This document shows, piece by piece, positions 1 to 8,832 of a stretch of DNA of 64,000 nt. The notes under the pieces are model-generated. The model made no database searches. It was not told the DNA's origin and saw only the letters and a program-made list of their open reading frames with translations. Source of the stretch: Methylococcaceae bacterium. GTDB lineage: Bacteria > Pseudomonadota > Gammaproteobacteria > Methylococcales > Methylococcaceae. The stretch is from positions 253 through 64,252 of the forward strand of contig SCQD01000173.1 in NCBI GenBank assembly GCA_004299145.1, written 5' to 3'. Every line of letters starts with the position of its first letter. Within the stretch, counting starts at the first letter, position 1. The translations under genes and the position numbers were made by a program.

Positions 1-498
1 AAAATCAATGTGGCCTTGCTCAAGAGGAACCCCGTTAATATTTGCGTAAACAATCAATGCTCTTGCAAAGCTGCCATTACCTAATAATGCTATCAATGTT
101 TTCCTGTCTTGCTGTAAAATAGGATTTTTATATATATTTTGAATATCAATGCCTGTGCTTGGCAGTTCTTCAATATCTTGTTTTATATTCATAACCCCAT
201 GTAAAAGAGAGCCTCCCAGACCACTAGGCATATGCAAGGCCAAGTCAATCAACTCTTTTAAATCGCCGCGAAACTTACCGTTTACCAGCCAAGTCAGTGT
301 TTCTTTGGTTTCACCAGCGTCGAGCCCAATGCCTGCCTTAAGCAATTCGTCGGCAAGTTTTTTTTCAGCGTTTTTATAGTCAATGCTATCTGTGCCAGAA
401 AAAATACAGGGCAATTCAATTGACGTCTCGGGCAATTTTGATTGGTCAGCTAAGTCTTCGTTTGCTGCCATAAATATAAGATCGGATAGTCTAGACAT
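1..498 (-). CDS. hypothetical protein (3' end cut by window edge)
   Basis: ATG at 498 is preceded by an AGGAGA RBS. The frame stays open to position 1 (166 codons, MSRLSDLIFMAANEDLADQSK...). It is absent from the ORF track because there is no stop in the window. AT-rich, same strand as the two upstream genes. Confidence 0.5.
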   Translation of the reverse strand, partial: MSRLSDLIFMAANEDLADQSKLPETSIELPCIFSGTDSIDYKNAEKKLADELLKAGIGLDAGETKETLTWLVNGKFRGDLKELIDLALHMPSGLGGSLLHGVMNIKQDIEELPSTGIDIQNIYKNPILQQDRKTLIALLGNGSFARALIVYANINGVPLEQGHIDF

Positions 499-677
499 TG
501 CTTATCTCCTAGATTCAACTTGTTATGTATTATTTTATGGATAAAACTGATTGGCAATCAGCCTTATTATTGAAGCATGGTTTTTCTTCGATGGCGTATA
601 TGCCGTGACCGCATACTTTTTTACGCAACATAAAAGATCGTTGTTACTTTGCGGTTTACGAATTAAATATTTCCAAG

Positions 678-1343
678 CTAATCGGCTCTTGGTTTCCAGC
701 TAAATTGTCCATCATACTCCTTGCAATCGGTTACAGCTGGCGATTTTTCATCAATTTCAATATAGATCTGCCTGACCGCAGAAGCATGATATGTTAGATG
801 GGAGTCACATTTCATGCTTTGACCTGTGCCAATAACTATTTTTGCATTAGCCTTTAAGTTGCAGCGTATTAATTTATCCAATGGTGAAAATTCGTGGCAA
901 ATTTCATAATCATTGCGATACTGTGCTATTTTTCCATCTGGTAAGTTAAATGCCCACCATTTGCCTAAACGGCTGCTTGGGTCGGCGCTGTTCCAAGCGC
1001 GATAAACTGGTATAGTGACATTATTTTTTGCTACGTAGACTTTCCCTTGACATAAACCACCTTTGTTAACATCGCCAACAGCTCGGCTTAACAGCGATTC
1101 ATCTACGGTTTCTTCAAACACTTCAGTATATTCGGTTGGTAAATCGTTAGTTCCAGTGCATTGATGGTGAGTCTCTTTAATGGACGAAACAGTGCAGCCA
1201 TACACAGAAACAACAAGTAGTGTAAGCGAGATAGTTTTTGTTGTTTTACGGCTTGTTGTAATAACGTGCGAAGCGAGAGATTTACTCTTTTTATGGTTGT
1301 GGTCGCTTCTTTTAAAATAACTCTGTATCCGGAAAGTCTTCAT
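678..1343 (-). CDS. predicted lipoprotein, unknown function
   Basis: 221-aa ORF with a GAGGAG RBS before ATG 1343. Basic N-terminus, hydrophobic stretch and lipobox-like LLVVSVYGC. Cys-rich mature part. AT-rich. Confidence 0.6.
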   Translation of the reverse strand: MKTFRIQSYFKRSDHNHKKSKSLASHVITTSRKTTKTISLTLLVVSVYGCTVSSIKETHHQCTGTNDLPTEYTEVFEETVDESLLSRAVGDVNKGGLCQGKVYVAKNNVTIPVYRAWNSADPSSRLGKWWAFNLPDGKIAQYRNDYEICHEFSPLDKLIRCNLKANAKIVIGTGQSMKCDSHLTYHASAVRQIYIEIDEKSPAVTDCKEYDGQFSWKPRAD

Positions 1344-1432
1344 ACACTCCTCTCTTTTTTATGTTTCACGCGCGCACGAAAGGGGCTATGTTGCATTTTT
1401 GGGAAATGCAACATGCTCCCGTGCCTTTCTTG

Positions 1433-2362
1433 CTAGACGATTGTAGCAATCTCAAAGTGCATACCATCCCTGCGGGTAAAGTGCCCTCCCCAATAGAAGC
1501 CGTATTGGTGAGCTATAGGAACCAATTTATATACACAACCTTTAGCTCCTTCCGTCGCTGGTTCGGTTCCGAGTTTATTCCAAGCGTAATTTATATCGAA
1601 TGCAGTTCCAAATGCGTGATTCGACAATACTTGTTCATCTGCCTTCCCCCGAACGAAACGTGGAACATAGTCGCCGCTGTATGTAAGCACGTATTTCAGG
1701 AGATCATTTTGCTCCCACGCATTCCACAACGCAAGAAGTTGGTCGGCCGCTTTACGGTGAAAGTGAACGGCGCCACTTGCATTGGCGCCCTCAATATTGC
1801 GCAATTGAGGGATGATAACTTTAACAATATTATTGGTGTCCCATTTGTTCGTTATACGAATTCCCTCTGGATTCGTTGCTGTTGGCGCAGGCTCAAATTC
1901 CAATCGACCGAAAGTCTCTTGGCGAGCAGCATTATTCACTAACGGAGAAAATGTTGGCTTTGGTGGATAGTCAGCTTCTGTTTCTGCATATTCCACGAGT
2001 TCCAAGCCTAACGATAGTGCTGCCGCGAGAGTTTGATTGCCTACAACGCCATCAACGTCAAGATTGTTAACATGTTGAAATTGTTTAGTTGCCTCTACGG
2101 TAGCTTCATCGAACATCCCAGACGAATTTACAAGATAATCTTGGCCCCGGAGAAATATTTGCCATTGCATAACGAAGGTGCCAGTTGACCCTTTTTTTAT
2201 AACCTTAATCATTGCGCGCCCCTTAAAATGTTTATAATTAACAGCCTGCAACGTAATATTGAGGCCTAACAGGGTAATGAATAAGCCAGCACAACTACCA
2301 ATAGTGCAAAACAACGCGCCGACTAACGCCATATGCCGTATGGGATCGGAGTTATCCACCAC
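1433..2362 (-). CDS. peptidoglycan-binding domain + M15-family (VanY/M15C-like) zinc peptidase
   Basis: PG_binding_1-like segment (FQHVNNLDVDGVVGNQTLAAALSLGL). M15 metal-ligand pattern SNHAFGTAFDI (H-x6-D) and GGHFTRRDGMHFEI. Start is ambiguous: GTG 2362, ATG 2332 (gives an N-terminal TM anchor) or ATG 2212 (AAGGGG RBS). Confidence 0.75.
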   Translation of the reverse strand: MVDNSDPIRHMALVGALFCTIGSCAGLFITLLGLNITLQAVNYKHFKGRAMIKVIKKGSTGTFVMQWQIFLRGQDYLVNSSGMFDEATVEATKQFQHVNNLDVDGVVGNQTLAAALSLGLELVEYAETEADYPPKPTFSPLVNNAARQETFGRLEFEPAPTATNPEGIRITNKWDTNNIVKVIIPQLRNIEGANASGAVHFHRKAADQLLALWNAWEQNDLLKYVLTYSGDYVPRFVRGKADEQVLSNHAFGTAFDINYAWNKLGTEPATEGAKGCVYKLVPIAHQYGFYWGGHFTRRDGMHFEIATIV

Positions 2363-2822
2363 CCCACCAAACTATGAAAAAAGGGACAGACTTATTTTCA
2401 ACAGAAAGAAAAACAAATCTGCCACATATACCACATATATTTACTCGTGCAATCAGAGAAATATAGCTAAACAGCGCTAACAATTTCCCATCACACGTAA
2501 TGCCGCCGTATGCCTGTTAATTTAAATAGCGCTCGGCGTTGCAAACAGTAGCATGACGCCGATATCCATGTATGTAGTCCTAGGATTACAAACGCATTGA
2601 AAGATCAAATACATCAGCGTCAGGAGCGTGCGTTTATCTTATGAATCATGCGGTGCAGCACTCTTTCCGAATCCTGCGCATGAAAAATCCGGCAGGCGTC
2701 TGCAAATCTGCTCCGGCAGATTTGCCTCAAGAACGAGCGCAAATCACGAAACAGAAGCCCAAAACATCGGGTTTGGGAGGAGTTTTCGTTGACTACGGAT
2801 ACGCTATAAATACAATGTATTT

Positions 2823-3014
2823 ATGATTACCTTCGAATGGGACCCGGCAAAAGCTTCGGTCAATCTGAAAAAACATGGGATTTCTTTAGCTACTTTAAGG
2901 GCATGGCGGAAGAAGCGGGGGTTCCTTACCAAAGCCTCATCAACCTTTACCTGCGCGATTGCGTCGCTCAGCACAGAAAAATTCAGGTTTCCTGGCCAAC
3001 CGAGCCGTGAATAA
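2823..3014 (+). pseudogene. BrnT/BrnA toxin-antitoxin remnant (BrnT N-terminus abutting a frame-shifted BrnA C-terminus)
   Basis: MITFEWDPAKASVNLKKHGIS matches the DUF497/BrnT N-terminus and then breaks off. A different frame from about 2908 reads MAEEAGVPYQSLINLYLRDCVAQHRKIQVSWPTEP*, a typical BrnA C-terminal tail, with stop at 3008-3010. Confidence 0.55.
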
Positions 3015-3039
3015 CCTGATGAGTGTGATACGGAAATAT

Positions 3040-3516
3040 TCAGGCCAACATTCTGGGATCAAATTCGAACGGGCTACGTTCGATAACCACTTGCACGTGA
3101 GTATGGTATTGGTCATGGCGGGGATTAAGCAGCAGATTGCCTTCGAACGGCTCAACGTAAGACGGCACCCATAAACCCAGCGATTTTTTGCCGCGTAGCC
3201 AAGCGAGGCCAAAGCCTTGGGTGTAGCCTTCATCCGCTTTCCAGTTCGCTGCTAATCCGATGTCCACGGCATGCAACATCAACGCGCCATCCAGCAGTTC
3301 AATGCGCATCAGTGCTTGTTCGACCGGCTGAACGCCGTTGCAATGTACGCGCTTTTCAAGCTGCGCCAGCGCTCGCGATTGCGCTGTATAGACCACCGGC
3401 TGACCACTCCCCGGCGCGTTGACGTGCCAACGCCCATTGGAAAGCCTCGAACCATAGGCCAGACCCTCCAAAGTAACGTCGCCGTCAAAACCAATACGGA
3501 AAACGCAAAGCGTCAA
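3040..3516 (-). CDS. RES-domain toxin (RES-Xre type II TA)
   Basis: RES-family look (SRLSNGRWHV, VVYTAQSRALAQLE, WVPSYVEP). Probable TTG start at 3516, a few nt after GGAGGGG, overlapping the stop of the upstream antitoxin. The longer ORF-track start at 3636 lies inside the antitoxin gene. Confidence 0.75.
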   Translation of the reverse strand: MTLCVFRIGFDGDVTLEGLAYGSRLSNGRWHVNAPGSGQPVVYTAQSRALAQLEKRVHCNGVQPVEQALMRIELLDGALMLHAVDIGLAANWKADEGYTQGFGLAWLRGKKSLGLWVPSYVEPFEGNLLLNPRHDQYHTHVQVVIERSPFEFDPRMLA

Positions 3517-4067
3517 ACCACCCCTCCATAACGGATGGCGACCAGGATATTTTTGATTTTGCCGGTACCGAATTCGGAAACCGCATACTGGAGCGGGGAT
3601 TCGCCCGCCAATAAAGGATGCGGCTTTTTGAGCCACTGGGCGGCGGCGGCTTCGCTGCCGAATACCTCGGTAGCCAACGCGGTCAACTCCATCGCGCGCA
3701 GTACCTTGGCGGTGTGCGCGGCATCCAGGGTGCGATGCTGCCGGCGTAACCGGCTGGCTTGCGATTTATCCAGATCGAAAAGCTGATAGGCCTCGCCAAT
3801 CTGCAAATTCAATACGCTCTTGAGTTCCAGTATCGCGTCTACCAATACCCCTTGGCGGCTGACCTGGTGCGCCACGTCGGCTTGCAATTCAATAAAGCCT
3901 CCACTGGGTGCGGGCGATGTTACGAAAATATTGTTGCCGAAGCGGGTAGTAGCAGTGCCATGGCTGGTAGGCGGAGCCAAACCAATAATGGCGCGAAATC
4001 GCTCCAATAAAGCCTCAACCCCAGGTTTGCCGGAAGAGGTTCCCGCTTTTTCGGTGATGCTTGCCAT
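3513..4067 (-). CDS. Xre-like/DUF2384 antitoxin of the RES-Xre pair
   Basis: 184 aa. The C-terminal segment (AAQWLKKPHPLLAGESPLQYAVSEFGTGKIKNILVAIRYGGV) is typical of DUF2384 antitoxins. Translationally coupled to the RES gene. Confidence 0.75.
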   Translation of the reverse strand: MASITEKAGTSSGKPGVEALLERFRAIIGLAPPTSHGTATTRFGNNIFVTSPAPSGGFIELQADVAHQVSRQGVLVDAILELKSVLNLQIGEAYQLFDLDKSQASRLRRQHRTLDAAHTAKVLRAMELTALATEVFGSEAAAAQWLKKPHPLLAGESPLQYAVSEFGTGKIKNILVAIRYGGVV

Positions 4068-4289
4068 TTCTCATTTGCTCATTGAGTTAAGATCAATTGA
4101 GAGCATCCTACACCGCTACGCGATGCTGGGCAAAACCTGGCTGCCTGGGTTTTTGCACTGGGGTGCTGTGTTCGCCTTGCAGAAATGTGCCGGACCAGCG
4201 TATACGGTGGGCCAGCCCCTGGAAATATCGCTTCGCAATACCCGCCAAAAATGGGGTCGGGCTCTGAGGTATCCCCACAAAATATGGGC

Positions 4290-4520
4290 AATCACCACCT
4301 CAAATCCGAGCGCATGGCGTTGTATGGCGCCATGACCCAGTTCTTGTTGAACGCGCTTCCCTTGCCACTGACGGATGACCAAAGTCAGCAACGCCTACGG
4401 GCTTCGCTTCCGGTGGGTGGGCGGACCATCACCCTCTATGAGGCAATCAACCAGGAAGAATTTCACTCAACGCCAACCGAAACCCCAGGCTGCTGTTCCG
4501 ATGAAAAGGAGGATACCTGA
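4290..4520 (+). pseudogene. IS4-family (IS10-like) transposase fragment
   Basis: LRASLPVGGRTITLYEAINQEE resembles the IS10 transposase segment LRASVALHGRSVTLYEKAFPLSE. No intact transposase ORF and no terminal repeats were recognised. Confidence 0.35.
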
Positions 4521-4552
4521 AGCGTACTGCACACCTGACGAAGACGGTGTTG

Positions 4553-4651
4553 TGGTTCCGTATCTGGAAACGGGACATTCCCGCGCTGGGGCTCCGCATT
4601 CCGGCTACCACGCTGCGCCGCCTGTGGACCATGCTGGCGCATCTGCAATGA
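4553..4651 (+). pseudogene. fragment of a DUF4143/COG1373-type ATPase gene
   Basis: The frame reads WFRIWKRDIPALGLRIPATTLRRLWTMLAHLQ*. This resembles the conserved (F)LERD(I/L)xxLG...(L)RRFWxMLAHxxGQ segment of that family. Only about 33 codons remain. Confidence 0.3.
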
Positions 4652-4713
4652 CGAACCTAAAACCCACGCCGACAGGTAAAGCCCTGGAAAAAGTAGTCGT
4701 AGTTCCCGGACAA

Positions 4714-4788
4714 ACGCGAAGCCTGAGCCACTTCGACTGGCTCAGGGCAGGCTTCGCGGAGTGGGTTCCCAAGCGGAGCTTGGGAACC
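4714..4788. repeat. REP-like hairpins (GCGAAGCCTG...CAGGCTTCGC and GGTTCCCAAGCGGAGCTTGGGAACC)
   Basis: Perfect inverted repeats read directly. The second hairpin belongs to the family that is abundant at 41-64 kb. Confidence 0.7.
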
Positions 4789-4831
4789 AGCAACAACCAG
4801 CAACAAAAGGCGGTATGTGGCAGGGTTGGGC

Positions 4832-6013
4832 TTACTCGAAAAACCGCCGCATATCGATATTCAGGCTGCGGGGATCGAGGTTTTCGACGATGGTAAGCGG
4901 CTTGGGCACAGTGGCGGCCAGGTCGACATCCTGCTGGGAAATATAACAATGCCGGCGCTGGTCGAAAAACACCCGCACCACCGGGGCCAGCGATTTCTCC
5001 CCGGCGTTGGCGACCACCATGCCCACCCTGCCGTCCGACAGCAACAACATCGCGCCGATGGGATAGACGCCGATGCTTTTGATGAAACGCTGCAACAGGG
5101 TGGCGTCGAAATGCTGACCGGATTTCGTCAGCATGTTGCGCAGAGCTTCGTGGGGAGTCAGGCGGTTGTGGTAACAGCGGTCGGCGGTGAGCGCGTCGTA
5201 CACGTCGACGATGGCGAGCATTTTGCTCTGCTCGGACAGCGCGTCCGCCGTCAGTTGATCGGGATAGCCAGTGCCGTCGATGTGTTCGTGGTGATGCCCG
5301 GCCATTTCCACCGTAATCGCATCGAAACCGGCTTCCCGCAGAATATCCCGGCCCTGGGCGGCGTGGCTGCGCATGATGCTGAACTCGTCGTTGTCCAGCT
5401 TGCCCGGCTTGTGCAGGATATGGGGGGGAATCACGATTTTGCCGATGTCGTGCAGCAACGCGCCGGTGGCGATTTGGTGGACGGCCGCCTGATCGTAGCC
5501 GATGTGCCGGGCAAACAGCGTGACGATGACGCTGACGTTGACGGAGTGCTCCATCAGGTAGTTGTCTTTGCTGCGTATCATGCCCAGACACAGCAGGGCG
5601 CTGTGGTCCTTGACGACCGAGGACACGATGTTGTCGACAGTGGCGTGGACGGCCGTCTGGTTGATGTGGTGCCCCAGCTTGACGTCTCTCATCACGTGGC
5701 TGACGGTATCGATGGCCGAGGCGTGAATACGCTGTGCGTGCTCGACTTCGCCGCGCGTGACGATGTCTTCTTCCGGGCTGGACGGAGCTGCTTCCAGCGA
5801 GGCGATGGGCACGGCCAGCGCGTCGTCGGTGTCCAGACCGCGCACGGTATCGATATAGACGTACTTCAAACTACTGCCGGTCAGCTCCGCCAGGGTTTTG
5901 CCGTCCGCAATGAAGCCCACCGGATGCCGGACCTTGCCGGCCAGTTCTTTCGATCCCAGGTCGACGACGTACATGCCTGGTTTGAGCTGGTGGGTGGGGA
6001 CTTTTTTGATCAT
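4832..6013 (-). CDS. HD-GYP domain protein (putative c-di-GMP phosphodiesterase) with a DUF3391-like N-terminus
   Basis: HDIGK and HHHEHIDGTGYP motifs. N-terminus MIKKVPTHQLKPGMYV. ATG at 6013 is preferred over the TTG at 6031 used in the ORF track. Confidence 0.85.
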   Translation of the reverse strand: MIKKVPTHQLKPGMYVVDLGSKELAGKVRHPVGFIADGKTLAELTGSSLKYVYIDTVRGLDTDDALAVPIASLEAAPSSPEEDIVTRGEVEHAQRIHASAIDTVSHVMRDVKLGHHINQTAVHATVDNIVSSVVKDHSALLCLGMIRSKDNYLMEHSVNVSVIVTLFARHIGYDQAAVHQIATGALLHDIGKIVIPPHILHKPGKLDNDEFSIMRSHAAQGRDILREAGFDAITVEMAGHHHEHIDGTGYPDQLTADALSEQSKMLAIVDVYDALTADRCYHNRLTPHEALRNMLTKSGQHFDATLLQRFIKSIGVYPIGAMLLLSDGRVGMVVANAGEKSLAPVVRVFFDQRRHCYISQQDVDLAATVPKPLTIVENLDPRSLNIDMRRFFE

Positions 6014-6135
6014 ATGGGGGGGTGTTGGCAAGCGTTACGCCAGTCAGTGTAGTCTTGACCGCAACAAATGCCACAATGCCGGAAAAGCCTGAACAGGCGG
6101 GCGATCCGCGCCGACAAATCCGACACAGGCTCTCA

Positions 6136-6774
6136 TCACTCTGTTTTAGCGGCGCCTTGGGCCAAGGTCAGCATTTTGTCCAAAAGTTCTTTGAGCCTTG
6201 GACATTTCGCATAAGCAATATTTGGATCCAGTTTGCCAAACAACTCTCTGCCATTTACTACCTTTTTGTATGGGCGCCGGACATGCAAAGGATAAAGGCG
6301 TTCAAGCAGCTTTGCGGGAGGCTCGTCAAAATTGACGGTTTCAGGCCAGTGAATTTTTGCCGGAAACGCTACGCGGACTTCCCTGGGAAAAATATTCGGA
6401 TCGCTCAGCAGCCAAGCCTCAACTTCGTGCACCGCAAAAAACTGGAAAAACCGGGGATCGTTGACTTTGTCTTCCATGTGTTTCCTGGCCCATTCGTAGC
6501 GGGCTTCATACTCCGTCAACTCATCGGGGTAAAACGTCGGGCCATATAAGTCAAGCAGGGCAATAACGGCGATGACGTCGTTAGCCGACCGATTAAGGTG
6601 CATGCTGGCTTTTTGGGAGGCGTTTTTTACAAACTCCCGCCAACCTTCAAAACGGACAGTATTGATACCGACTGGATCAACGGATTTTTCCGCCAATCTG
6701 GGATCGAGCCATTTTTTCAGAAACGGCGGTAACGCTTTCTCCGTGTGACCTTCGACGAAAAGAACAAATTTCAT
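6136..6774 (-). CDS. DUF4276-like protein (possible TOPRIM-like nuclease partner)
   Basis: 212 aa. The N-terminal KFVLFVEGHTE resembles the acidic TOPRIM strand of OLD/AriB-type proteins. There is a 4-nt ATGA overlap with the upstream ATPase gene. Lower GC than the flanks. Confidence 0.6.
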   Translation of the reverse strand: MKFVLFVEGHTEKALPPFLKKWLDPRLAEKSVDPVGINTVRFEGWREFVKNASQKASMHLNRSANDVIAVIALLDLYGPTFYPDELTEYEARYEWARKHMEDKVNDPRFFQFFAVHEVEAWLLSDPNIFPREVRVAFPAKIHWPETVNFDEPPAKLLERLYPLHVRRPYKKVVNGRELFGKLDPNIAYAKCPRLKELLDKMLTLAQGAAKTE

Positions 6775-7955
6775 CCCATCTGCTCCAATTCGCCGGACTC
6801 GAACAGATCACCCAGAGAATATTCGTCCAGCCAATAATCCAGCGTTGCGCCTTGCAAAATCTGTAGCGTGGTTTCGCCGTTTTCCCATTTGGCAACGGTC
6901 GTGGTGGGTTTGATGGCCGTAAAAGCATCCAGAAGTTGCGGGGAGTGGGTGGTCAAGATGATTTGTGAGCGCGTAGCGGCCTCAGCGGCATACTCGGCGA
7001 TGATCGGCAGCATGGCAGGATGCAAACCGGTTTCCGGTTCGTCGATGGCAATGACTGGAGCGGGAGACGGGCTGGCCAAAACGGTCAATAAAAACAGAAA
7101 ACGCAGAGTGCCATCGGAAAGATCGGCAGCCGACTGTTCGCGCCGCAGTGATTTCCAGCGCACCCGCAATTGGATTTTCTGATCCGCAGCGGGCGGAAAC
7201 ACCAATTCCTCGAAGTCATCTCCAAAAGCGGCCTGCATCGCATCATTGATATCCCGCTTGAAATCACGATCTTCCGTATAGAGGGTATGCAACACCGAGA
7301 TGAGGTTCTGCCCATCCGGGTCTACCCGTTTTTCCCAACGGGCAATGGCGGGTTGTCGAATCAACGCGTCCTTATTGACGTGCAAATCGTGGTAAACCGC
7401 AATGGCTGCCAGTTGTTTTTGGAATGGCGGAATAAAGTGGTTGCTGACAAATGGGCCGGAAGCAATGGAAAGCAAGCTTTCTTCATCCGACACAAACTCT
7501 TCCGCCGTGGCAAACGAACGTTCATTTTCATCAAAAATAACCGCACTCTTCCCCTGTCTATGCAAAAATTTAAATGGATTTCTTTCGATTCTCTGTCTGA
7601 ATTTATAGGAGTTTATTACAGATTCGTTGTCTATTTTGTAAGAGCTGGATGATCCTAACCTGGCCAGTTCCAGCTCATAGCGTTCCGGGCCAAGATCGCC
7701 ACCTTCCGGCTTGGTTGTCACGGCAAATTTTATCGACGTCGATATTCCATCCCAGACCAGCGGGTTCATGCCGCCCAGTGATTGAATATATTTCCCCAAC
7801 CGCCCTTGGGCGGATACGGCGATCAACTCCAGCAAACGCAATAAGTTGGACTTGCCGGCGCCATTGGGACCAATGACTACGTTAAGATCGCCTGGTTCCC
7901 AGCTGACTTTCCGCAGGGAGCGAAAGCCTTCGACTTCCAATCGGGTAATTTTCAT
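6771..7955 (-). CDS. ABC-type/AAA_21 ATPase (OLD/AriA-like)
   Basis: Walker A VVIGPNGAGKSNLL. Signature-like LSDGTLRFLFL. Walker B and D-loop VIAIDEPETGLHP. H-loop ILTTHSP. 394 aa. Confidence 0.8.
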   Translation of the reverse strand: MKITRLEVEGFRSLRKVSWEPGDLNVVIGPNGAGKSNLLRLLELIAVSAQGRLGKYIQSLGGMNPLVWDGISTSIKFAVTTKPEGGDLGPERYELELARLGSSSSYKIDNESVINSYKFRQRIERNPFKFLHRQGKSAVIFDENERSFATAEEFVSDEESLLSIASGPFVSNHFIPPFQKQLAAIAVYHDLHVNKDALIRQPAIARWEKRVDPDGQNLISVLHTLYTEDRDFKRDINDAMQAAFGDDFEELVFPPAADQKIQLRVRWKSLRREQSAADLSDGTLRFLFLLTVLASPSPAPVIAIDEPETGLHPAMLPIIAEYAAEAATRSQIILTTHSPQLLDAFTAIKPTTTVAKWENGETTLQILQGATLDYWLDEYSLGDLFESGELEQMG

Positions 7956-8109
7956 GAGATTTGTGCGTATATTGATAGGGGTTAAGCCGGAAAACAGTAA
8001 TTTGTATTATTGCATACCCGTGGTTCTCGCGGGAAAGATGGACAGAAACGACATCGCGCCATATTATGGCGACTGTTGCAATAAATGAGTTACCCGCACA
8101 AATAGGACA

Positions 8110-8739
8110 ATGAACGACAAAACCCGCCGGGAAATTTTCGCACGCCTGGCCGCCGCGATTCCCAACCCGCAAACCGAACTGCACTATAAAACGCCGTTTG
8201 AATTACTCATCGCCGTGGTTTTGTCGGCCCAGGCCACGGATAAAAGCGTCAATAAAGCGACGGCTGAATTATTTCCCGTTGCCGATACCCCTGCGGCCAT
8301 CTTGGCGTTGGGCGAGGAAGGTTTGAAGGCCTATATCAAAACCATCGGCCTGTTCAACAGCAAGGCGCGCCATATCATCGCTTTGTGCCGGATTTTATTG
8401 GAACAGCACGGCGGAACGGTGCCGGATCGGCGCGAGGCACTGGAAAAACTCCCCGGCGTGGGCCGCAAAACCGCCAACGTCATGCTCAATACCGCTTTTG
8501 GACACCCCACCATCGCGGTGGATACGCATATTTTCCGCGTCGCCAACCGCACCGGGCTGGCGTCCGGCAAAACCGTACTGGCGGTGGAAAAGCAGCTGGA
8601 AGCCGGCATACCGGCAGCGTATAAAAAAGACGCTCACCACTTGCTGATCCTGCACGGCCGCTATACCTGCACGGCGCGCCGGCCGAAATGCGCGGTTTGC
8701 CCGATCAGCGATTTGTGCGAGGAATATACGAAAACGTAG
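8110..8739 (+). CDS. nth: endonuclease III
   Basis: FELLIAVVLSAQATDKSVN, HhH-GPD segment LPGVGRKTANVMLN, and a C-terminal 4Fe-4S Cys cluster CTARRPKCAVCPISDLC. Confidence 0.95.
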   Translation: MNDKTRREIFARLAAAIPNPQTELHYKTPFELLIAVVLSAQATDKSVNKATAELFPVADTPAAILALGEEGLKAYIKTIGLFNSKARHIIALCRILLEQHGGTVPDRREALEKLPGVGRKTANVMLNTAFGHPTIAVDTHIFRVANRTGLASGKTVLAVEKQLEAGIPAAYKKDAHHLLILHGRYTCTARRPKCAVCPISDLCEEYTKT

Positions 8740-8793
8740 GGTACGCTGCGCGTACCAACGAGGGCATCGAACGGTACGCACAGCGTACCCTAC
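8736..8793. repeat. 58-nt palindromic REP, type C (GTAGGGTACGC...GCGTACCCTAC)
   Basis: Two inverted GGTACGC(N)GCGTACC units bracketed by GTAGGG/CCCTAC. Near-identical copies lie at 17753-17810 and 49307-49364. Confidence 0.8.
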
Positions 8794-8832
8794 AGGGATG
8801 CTCCGCCATGCAAATTCCCAAAGAACCCAACC

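Noticed and set aside
2363-2822. AT-rich 460-nt gap with a hairpin (GCAAATCTGC-TCCG-GCAGATTTGC at about 2700-2727), considered as a possible att site or sRNA
   Set aside because: No tRNA, integrase or matching direct repeat was found in the window to support an att site. The hairpin alone is insufficient.
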